Below are positions 56,985 to 64,000 of a stretch of 64,000 bases of DNA, piece after piece. The notes beneath the pieces were generated by a model. It was not told the DNA's origin and did no database searches. It worked only from the letters and a program-made list of their open reading frames with translations. Position 1 is the first letter of the stretch, and every line of letters starts with the position of its first letter. The position numbers and the translations under genes were made by a program. The DNA comes from an uncultured Gemmatimonadales bacterium (GTDB lineage Bacteria; Gemmatimonadota; Gemmatimonadetes; Gemmatimonadales; GWC2-71-9), in NCBI GenBank assembly GCA_963779755.1, contig CAVZZO010000001.1, forward strand, positions 704,001-768,000. The letters are read 5' to 3'.

Positions 56985-58619
56985 ATGGTCGTGCTGCTAT
57001 GGCCGCGGTATGCCCTTGCGCAGGAGCCCATGCACGGCATGCAGGGCGGTCACACGATGCCCATCCCCATGCCGCCCGGCATGCCCATGATCCCGGGCCT
57101 GGTGGGCATCACGCCGCCGGTGACCCCGTTCCTGCCGGGGCAGGGAGTGGATCCCGCCACCCTGCCCCTGGCAAAACCGGGGACAGTGGTGCGGCTGGCC
57201 GACGGCGATACGCTGGACCTCACCGCCATGCTGGTGCGCCGCACCATCCGGGGACGCACCTTCACCATGTACGGCTTCAATGGGCAGGTGCCCGGCCCGT
57301 TGCTGCGGGTTCCGCAGAATGCCACCATCATCATCCGCTACCGCAACCGGATCGACCTGCCGGGCACGGTGCACTGGCACGGGGTGCGGCTGGATAACCG
57401 CTTCGACGGCGTCCCCGGGGTGACGCAGGCGCCGGTGGCCCCGGGCGACAGCTTCACCTACCGGGTGCATTTTCCCGATGCCGGCATCTACTGGTACCAC
57501 CCGCACGTGCGGGAGGATATCGAGCAGTCCATGGGGCTCTACGGCAACATGCTGGTGGACTCCCCGGACCGGGACTATTACTCCCCCGCCAACCGGGAGG
57601 AGGCGCTGGTCCTGAGCGATCTCCTGATCAACGGCGACAGTCTCATCCCCTTCGGCCGGGAGGGCCCGGATTTCGCGCTGATGGGTCGGCTGGGTAACGT
57701 GCTGCTGGTGAACGGCGAGCCCGCCTACCGCCTGCGGGTGCACCAGGGCGAGGTGGTGCGGTTCTACCTCACCGACGTGTCCAGTTCGCGTACCTGGAAC
57801 CTGTCCTTCGGCGGGGCGCCCATGAAGGTGGTCGCGTCCGATGTGAGCCGGTTCGAGCACGAGGCGCGGGTCCAAAGCGTGGTGCTGGCGCCCGCCGAGC
57901 GCTATGTGGTCGAGGTCCGCTTCGAGCGGCCGGGGACGTACACCGTGGTGAACTCGGTGCAGGCCATCAATCACTACCGCGGCGAGTTCGAACCCGAGGT
58001 GGACACGCTGGGCACCGTCACCGTAGACTCCACGCCGGCCGCGCCCGATTATGCCGCAGCCTTCGACTCCCTGCGGGCCTACTCCGCGGTGACGCGGGAG
58101 ATCGACCGCTACCGTCCCGACTTCGACCGGCCGCCGGACAAGACGCTCACCCTGACGGTGCGGACCACCGCGCTGCCGCTCGCCACCGTGCAGTTCATGA
58201 GCATCGACACCGCCTATTACGCGCCGGTCGAGTGGGTGGACGGGATGCCGATAATGAACTGGCTCTCGACCAGCAAGCAGGTACGCTGGATCCTGCGGGA
58301 CGAGGCCGGGCGGGAGAACGACGACATCGACTGGCACGTCAGGCGCGGCTCGGTGGTGAAGCTCCGGCTGTTCAACGACCCGAAATCGTTTCACCCCATG
58401 CAGCACCCCATCCACCTTCACGGTCAGCGGATGCTGGTGGTGGCCCGCGACGGCGTGGCCACCACAAACCTGGTGTGGAAGGACACGGTGCTGGTGCCGG
58501 TGGGGTCGACGGTGGACGTGCTGATCGACGCCTCGAACCCCGGCAACTGGATGCTGCACTGCCATATCGCCGAGCACCTGGGCTCGGGGATGATGACCGT
58601 GCTGCACGTGGATCCCTGA
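56985..58619 (+). CDS. Multicopper oxidase (start uncertain)
   Basis: HWHG, WYHPH, HPIHLHG, HCHIAEH..GM; Met/His-rich N-terminus. Confidence 0.92.
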   Translation: MVVLLWPRYALAQEPMHGMQGGHTMPIPMPPGMPMIPGLVGITPPVTPFLPGQGVDPATLPLAKPGTVVRLADGDTLDLTAMLVRRTIRGRTFTMYGFNGQVPGPLLRVPQNATIIIRYRNRIDLPGTVHWHGVRLDNRFDGVPGVTQAPVAPGDSFTYRVHFPDAGIYWYHPHVREDIEQSMGLYGNMLVDSPDRDYYSPANREEALVLSDLLINGDSLIPFGREGPDFALMGRLGNVLLVNGEPAYRLRVHQGEVVRFYLTDVSSSRTWNLSFGGAPMKVVASDVSRFEHEARVQSVVLAPAERYVVEVRFERPGTYTVVNSVQAINHYRGEFEPEVDTLGTVTVDSTPAAPDYAAAFDSLRAYSAVTREIDRYRPDFDRPPDKTLTLTVRTTALPLATVQFMSIDTAYYAPVEWVDGMPIMNWLSTSKQVRWILRDEAGRENDDIDWHVRRGSVVKLRLFNDPKSFHPMQHPIHLHGQRMLVVARDGVATTNLVWKDTVLVPVGSTVDVLIDASNPGNWMLHCHIAEHLGSGMMTVLHVDP

Positions 58620-58668
58620 CTACCGCGGGCAGATTGCCCGGGTGCGGCCCCGGAGTTCTATTGTCCCC

Positions 58669-60618
58669 ATGCAGCCTGATCGCTGGGAGCGCCTCAAGCG
58701 CCTTTTTCACGAGGCCCTGAACCTGGGCGATGCGCGCGAGGCGTTCGTCACCCGCGCGACCGCCGGCGATCTGGACCTGGCCGAGGACGTCCTTTCCCTG
58801 CTCGCCGCCAACGACAACCGCAGGCCGGCCGGCACGCCGCCGCCAAGGGTGCCCGCGCAGCAGGGGACCCGGCTGCTCGAGCTGCTGGAGGTAGAGGAGG
58901 AGCTGGCCCGGGCCCTCCATGATCGCTACACCTTCGAAGGTCCGGTCGGCCAGGGGGGCATGGCCATCGTACTCCAGGCCACCGACCTGCGCCACGAGCG
59001 GCCCGTGGCGGTCAAGGTGCTGGCTGCCGGGACCGCCGGCGGCATCGACACCCGGCGCTTCCTGGCGGAGATCCGGGTAACCGCGAAGCTCCACCACCCG
59101 CACATCCTGCCGCTGTTCGACTCCGGCGAAGCCGGCGGATACTTCTACTATGTCATGCCGCTGGTGGCCGGCGAATCCCTGCAGCAGCGGCTGGCCCGCG
59201 AAGGGCCGCTTCCGCTGGAGACCGCCGCCAGAATCGTCGGGGATGTGGCCTCCGCCCTGGACTACGCCCATGCGCAGGGTGTGGTCCACCGCGACATCAA
59301 GCCGGGGAACATCCTCCTGGCCGGCGGCGAGGTCTTCGTGGCCGATTTCGGCATCGCTCGCGCCCTGGGCAGCGACAGCACCAGGCGGATCACCGAGCCG
59401 GGTGGGGCGATCGGCACGCCGACCTACATGAGCCCGGAGCAGATTGGCGGGAAGGCCGATCCCGACTCCCGGGCCGACGTGTATGCCCTGGGGTGCGTGG
59501 CCTACGAGATGCTCACGGGTGACCCGCCGTTCGGCGGAGGAGAGGCCACCAGCGTGATGCGACGCCACCTGGCCAGCCCGGTGCCGCCCGCCTCGGCGCT
59601 GCGGGAGCAGCTGGGACCGACAGTGGACGCGGTGCTGGCCCGCGCTCTGGCCAAGGCGCCGGCCGACCGCTGGACCCGGGCGGGGGAATTCGCCGGGCAG
59701 CTGGCGACGGTCCTGGCCGGAACTCCCGCCCCCGCCGGCGCGAGCGGTGCCGCGACGCCTGCGGGAGCGTGGCGTCTGGACCAGGAAATTCGTTTCTGCG
59801 TCGCGCCCGACGGCGTTCGCCTGGCCTATGCCGTGAGCGGCGACGGGCCGCCACTGGTCAAGGCCTCCAACTGGCTCAGTCACCTCGAGTTCGACGCCGC
59901 GAGCCCGCTCTGGCGCCACTGGTGGGCCGGCCTCTCCGGTTCGTTCCGCATGATTCGCTACGATGAGCGGCTCAACGGTCTCTCCGACTGGGAGGCCGCG
60001 GACGTCTCCCTGGAGGCCTGGGTCGGCGACCTGGAAGCGGTGGTAGATGCCGCAGGCCTCGAGCGGTTCGTCCTCCTCGGGATCTCGAAGGGTGGGGCGA
60101 TCGCCACGGCCTATGCGGCGCGGCATCCCGAGCGGGTGAGCCATCTTGTGCTTCACGGCGCCTTCAGCGTCGGAGCCCTGGCCGGCCGGCCGACCGATGA
60201 ACGGCGCCACCGGGTGGGCATCGAGGCCGACATGATGCGGGTGGGCTGGGGGCGGGAGAACCCGGCGTTCCGGCAGGCGTTTACCACCATGTTCTTTCCC
60301 GAGGCCAGCGCCGAGCAGGCGAACTGGTTCAACCAGCTGCAGCGGGTGTCGGCCTCAGCGGAGAATGCCGCGAGAATGCTGGAGGCGACCTATACGATCG
60401 ATGTGCGTGCGGAGGCGCCACGAGTCACCACGCCGACGCTGGTGCTGCACTGCAGCGGCGATGCGCGGGTACCCTTCGAGGAGGGCCGCAGGCTGGCCGG
60501 CCTCATCCCCGGCGCTCGCTTCGTGCCGCTGCCCAGCCCCAATCACATCCCGCTGGAGCATGAACCTGCCTGGCAGCGGTTCATGGACGAACTAAAGGCG
60601 TTTACCGGGGTAACCTGA
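58669..60618 (+). CDS. Ser/Thr kinase fused to an alpha/beta-hydrolase domain
   Basis: GQGGMA, HRDIKPGN, DFG, SPE; then NWLSHLE, RYDER, GISKGG, D and H catalytic positions. Confidence 0.9.
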   Translation: MQPDRWERLKRLFHEALNLGDAREAFVTRATAGDLDLAEDVLSLLAANDNRRPAGTPPPRVPAQQGTRLLELLEVEEELARALHDRYTFEGPVGQGGMAIVLQATDLRHERPVAVKVLAAGTAGGIDTRRFLAEIRVTAKLHHPHILPLFDSGEAGGYFYYVMPLVAGESLQQRLAREGPLPLETAARIVGDVASALDYAHAQGVVHRDIKPGNILLAGGEVFVADFGIARALGSDSTRRITEPGGAIGTPTYMSPEQIGGKADPDSRADVYALGCVAYEMLTGDPPFGGGEATSVMRRHLASPVPPASALREQLGPTVDAVLARALAKAPADRWTRAGEFAGQLATVLAGTPAPAGASGAATPAGAWRLDQEIRFCVAPDGVRLAYAVSGDGPPLVKASNWLSHLEFDAASPLWRHWWAGLSGSFRMIRYDERLNGLSDWEAADVSLEAWVGDLEAVVDAAGLERFVLLGISKGGAIATAYAARHPERVSHLVLHGAFSVGALAGRPTDERRHRVGIEADMMRVGWGRENPAFRQAFTTMFFPEASAEQANWFNQLQRVSASAENAARMLEATYTIDVRAEAPRVTTPTLVLHCSGDARVPFEEGRRLAGLIPGARFVPLPSPNHIPLEHEPAWQRFMDELKAFTGVT

Positions 60619-60776
60619 CGGAACGATCCGGCATGCCCCGGCCGTCGGCCGAGGAGAGCCCGGAGCCGGGCATGGCGTTTCCCACATAATCTGTTTGCTT
60701 TGCTGCGTGCCGTCGCTGCCGCGGTCCGCCGGAAGGGAGCCGGCGCCCGGTGAACTCGAGCCGATCTGGAGTCTCC

Positions 60777-62846
60777 ATGCGCTTTCCCGTCGTTGTCGGT
60801 CTGATCCTCGCCGCCGTTGGCGGTGCCCCCGCCGTCCATGCCCAGAGTCTCGCCAGCGTCCTGCCCGACAGCATCAAGCCCCTCAAGGTGGTGGACCTGG
60901 CCTACATGGACACCACGGTGAGCGCCTGTACCGACTTCTTCCAGTTTGCCAACGGCGGCTGGCTGGAACACGATACCATCCCGCCGGACTACTCCAGCAG
61001 CGGCGTGGGCCGGGAGATGCAGGACCGCAACGAGCTGGTCGTCCGGTCGGTGCTGGAGGACGCCCAGGCCCGGCGCGACAGCCTGCCGGCGGGCCATACC
61101 ATCCGCAAGCTGGGTACCTTCTACGCCACCTGCATGGATTCCGCGGCGGCGCAGCAGGCGGGCATCGCCCCCATCCGGCCCTGGCTCTCGGCGATCGATT
61201 CGGTTGCCACCCGGTCGAAGCTCATGCCGGCGGTGGCCGCCCTGCAGGTGAAGGGCGTCAACGTGCTCTTCCACTACTTTGCCCAGCCCGACCCGCACGA
61301 CGCCGCCCATTACGTCGCCTGGCTGTACCAGGGCGGCCTCGGCCTGCCCGATCGCGACTACTACACCGACTCGAGCGCCGCGGGCGACTCCACCCGCCAG
61401 GCCTATACCGGGCATATCACCCGCACTCTGATGCTGGCGGGCGAAGACACCGCCGCCGCGGCCGCCGACGCGCAACGGGTGCTGACGCTGGAAACCGCTC
61501 TGGCCCGCGCCTCGCTGACGCGGGTGGCCCAGCGCGATCCGGCCGCCACCGACCACCCGATGACCCTGGCGCAGATCGGCAAGCTCACGCCCAACCTGGC
61601 GTGGCCCGGGTATTTCCGGAGCATCGGCATTCTGGAGCCGCTGGGCAAGGTGAACGCGGCCATGCCGAAGTTCCTGCAGGGAGTGGACAGCCTGCTGGCG
61701 CATGCGCCCCTGGCCGCGTGGCGGGCGTATCTGCGCTATCACACCGTGGCCATGGCGTCGCCCTGGCTCAGCACCCCGTTCGTCAACGAGAACTTCGCCT
61801 TTTCTTCCCGCTTCACCGGCGCCAAAGCGCTGCTCCCCCGCTGGAAACGCTGTCTGCGCGAGGCCGACGGCGATCTGGGTGAGGCGCTGGGGCAGGCCTA
61901 CGTCGAGCAGACCTTCCCCCCGGAGGCGCGGGCGCGCGCCAAGGCAGTGATCGACGACATCCGGGCCGCTTTTGGCCAGCGGCTGCAGCAGCTCTCCTGG
62001 ATGTCGGACAGCACCCGGGCCCAGGCACTGGACAAGCTGGCCCGGATGAACGAAAAGGTGGGCTACCCGGAGCACTGGCGCGATTATTCGAAACTGCAGG
62101 TGGAGCCGGGTTCCTTTGTTCTCAATGTCGCACGGGCCAACGCGTTCGAATGGAACCGTACGGTCAACCGGCCCGGCATGCCGGTGGATACCACCGAGTG
62201 GGGCATGACGGTCCCGACGGTGAACGCCTATTACGATCCATCGAAAAATGAGATGGTCTTCCCGGCGGGCGCGCTGATGCCGCAGACCTTCGACGCTTCG
62301 GCCGATGACGGCGCCAATTACGGCGCGCTGGGCGGGAGCTGGGCGGGGCACGAGCTGACCCACGGCTTCGACGATGAAGGGCGGCACTACGATGCCGAGG
62401 GCAACCTGCGGGACTGGTGGACCCCGTCGGACTCGGTGCAGTTCACCCGCCAGGCCGATCTGGTGGTGGACCAGTTCGACCATTACATCCAGGTGGACAC
62501 CTTCCACGTGAACGGCCGGCTGACGCTGGGCGAGAACATCGCCGACTTCGGCGGCGTGCTTACCGGCTACGATGCGCTGCAGCGTGCCCTGGAGCGCAAC
62601 GGCCGGCCCGGCCTGATCGACGGGTTTACGCCGGAGCAGCGGTTCTATCTGGGCTTCGCCCAGAGCTGGCGCATCCACAACCGGCCCGAACGGCTGCGCA
62701 CCCGGGTCCGCACCGATCCGCACGCGCCGGAGCGCTGGCGCGTGAACGGACCGCTGTCGGACGATCCGAATTTTGTGAAGGCGTTCGGCTGCAAGCCCGG
62801 CGATGCCATGGTCCGGCCGGCGGACCAGATCCCGCATATCTGGTAA
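60777..62846 (+). CDS. M13-family (neprilysin/PepO-like) metallopeptidase
   Basis: CTDFFQFANGGW, VNAYY, HELTHGFD, GENIAD; signal peptide. Confidence 0.93.
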   Translation: MRFPVVVGLILAAVGGAPAVHAQSLASVLPDSIKPLKVVDLAYMDTTVSACTDFFQFANGGWLEHDTIPPDYSSSGVGREMQDRNELVVRSVLEDAQARRDSLPAGHTIRKLGTFYATCMDSAAAQQAGIAPIRPWLSAIDSVATRSKLMPAVAALQVKGVNVLFHYFAQPDPHDAAHYVAWLYQGGLGLPDRDYYTDSSAAGDSTRQAYTGHITRTLMLAGEDTAAAAADAQRVLTLETALARASLTRVAQRDPAATDHPMTLAQIGKLTPNLAWPGYFRSIGILEPLGKVNAAMPKFLQGVDSLLAHAPLAAWRAYLRYHTVAMASPWLSTPFVNENFAFSSRFTGAKALLPRWKRCLREADGDLGEALGQAYVEQTFPPEARARAKAVIDDIRAAFGQRLQQLSWMSDSTRAQALDKLARMNEKVGYPEHWRDYSKLQVEPGSFVLNVARANAFEWNRTVNRPGMPVDTTEWGMTVPTVNAYYDPSKNEMVFPAGALMPQTFDASADDGANYGALGGSWAGHELTHGFDDEGRHYDAEGNLRDWWTPSDSVQFTRQADLVVDQFDHYIQVDTFHVNGRLTLGENIADFGGVLTGYDALQRALERNGRPGLIDGFTPEQRFYLGFAQSWRIHNRPERLRTRVRTDPHAPERWRVNGPLSDDPNFVKAFGCKPGDAMVRPADQIPHIW

Positions 62847-62897
62847 CCTCGACCCTCTCGATCCTCTGGACCGTCGAGAGGGTCGAGGGGATCGAGA
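62847..62897. repeat. Short inverted 9-mer-run element directly after a stop codon
   Basis: CTCGACCCT CTCGATCCT CTGGACC followed by GTCGAGAGG GTCGAGGGG ATCGAG. Confidence 0.6.
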
Positions 62898-62980
62898 ACC
62901 CGGCGCCTGGTGCTATCGCTGGTCCGGAGCGGCCGAGCCCCGCACCTTGACGAAGCCTGGGGCCGCTAGCTTTCTACGTC

Positions 62981-64000
62981 ATGTACGACGTCATCCTGAT
63001 CCACCCTCCCTCGATTTACGATTTCCGTAAACGGCCGGTCTTCTACGGCCCCATTGCGGACGTCGTACCCTCCTCGCCCGTCTTCGAGATGTACCCCATG
63101 GGGTTCGCCACCCTGGCCTCCCATCTGCGGCGGGCGGGCTACCGGGTGCGCATCGTGAATCTGGCACTGCTCATGATGCGCGACCGCAACCTGGACGTGG
63201 ATCGCTACCTGGGGCGGCTCCAGGCCCGGCTCTTCGGCGTCGACCTGCACTGGCTACCGCACGTGCACGGCAGCCTGGCGGTGGCCCAGCGGCTGAAAGC
63301 GTTGCATCCGGGCACTCCGGTCGTCTTCGGGGGGATTTCCTCTACCTACTTCTACCGGGAGCTGATCGAACGGCCCGAGGTCGATTTCGTCTTGCGGGGG
63401 AGCCTCTGCGAGCCCGCGCTGGCGGCGCTGGTGCGGGAGCTCCGCGGGCAGCGCGACTACGCCGCCGTGCCGAATCTGGCCTGGAAAGCGCAGGGCGAGG
63501 TCCGCGCCAATCCGATCGCCGCCCCGGAGCACGGGATGGACGCCTTCGACATCGATCTGGGCATGATGATCCGGCAGGTGGTGGGCCGCCTCGATTTCTG
63601 GAGCAACGTGCCCTTCCACGCCTGGTGGCGCCACCCCATCACGGCGGTCTTCACCGTACGCGGATGCGGCCATGGCTGTGTCACCTGTGGCGCGGCCGAC
63701 GCGGCCTTCCGCCGGTTCATGATCGGCCACCACCCCATGTATCGAAGCCCCGACGCCATCGCCGCGCTAGTGCGGAAATTTGCGCTGCTCACCCGGGCGC
63801 CGGTCTTCCTGGTGGGCGACCTGCAGGACGGCGGCCCGGAGTACGCCAATGCCGTGGTGGACGCGCTGGGCCGCACCGGCGTCGGCAACAGCATCGGATT
63901 CGAATTTTTCACCCCACCGCCGCCGGAGCTCATCAACCGGATCGACCGCGCCCTTCCGGTCTGGTTCGCCGAGCTGTCTCCCGAAAGCCACGATGAGACG
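62981..64000 (+). CDS. B12-binding domain / radical SAM protein (TIGR04190-like), truncated by window end
   Basis: Own translation: MYDVILIHPPSIYDFRK..VPSSPVFEMYPMG, DLHWLPH, VFGGISS, RGCGHGCVTC (CxxxCxxC). Confidence 0.85.
   Translation, partial: MYDVILIHPPSIYDFRKRPVFYGPIADVVPSSPVFEMYPMGFATLASHLRRAGYRVRIVNLALLMMRDRNLDVDRYLGRLQARLFGVDLHWLPHVHGSLAVAQRLKALHPGTPVVFGGISSTYFYRELIERPEVDFVLRGSLCEPALAALVRELRGQRDYAAVPNLAWKAQGEVRANPIAAPEHGMDAFDIDLGMMIRQVVGRLDFWSNVPFHAWWRHPITAVFTVRGCGHGCVTCGAADAAFRRFMIGHHPMYRSPDAIAALVRKFALLTRAPVFLVGDLQDGGPEYANAVVDALGRTGVGNSIGFEFFTPPPPELINRIDRALPVWFAELSPESHDET

Overview
High-GC bacterial window. The gene content suggests Gemmatimonadota (inference from the Ser/Thr kinase architectures and secreted peptidases). 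About 48 coding regions are supportable; no rRNA, tRNA, cas, transposase or integrase genes were seen. Three respiratory operons dominate. (1) 7571-12885 (+): porin-multiheme cytochrome conduit with a lipoprotein (8 CxxCH + 1 CX4CH), a 9-heme protein, a beta-barrel and a 16-heme protein. (2) 14519-21656 (-): NapA-like / NapB-like / tetraheme / 4Fe-4S / NrfD / SPFH operon, in which the NapA-like subunit has Tyr at the Mo-ligating Cys position. (3) 44098-51948 (-): Cyc2-like cytochrome-porin, diheme cytochrome c, copper protein and A1-type oxidase, in the gene order of the Acidithiobacillus rus operon; subunit I lacks the K-channel Lys and the Mg-site Asp. Operons 1 and 2 and feoAB share an identically spaced upstream motif with 11-bp phasing. 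About 6 kb of intergenic DNA consists of tandem arrays of ~250-276 bp structured units bounded by inverted 9-mer runs (CAGATTACG)n...(CGTAATCTG)n; other inverted 7-mer/9-mer elements also occur. Two genes have single-base frameshifts that may be assembly errors. All functional calls come from motif recognition by eye, without database searches.
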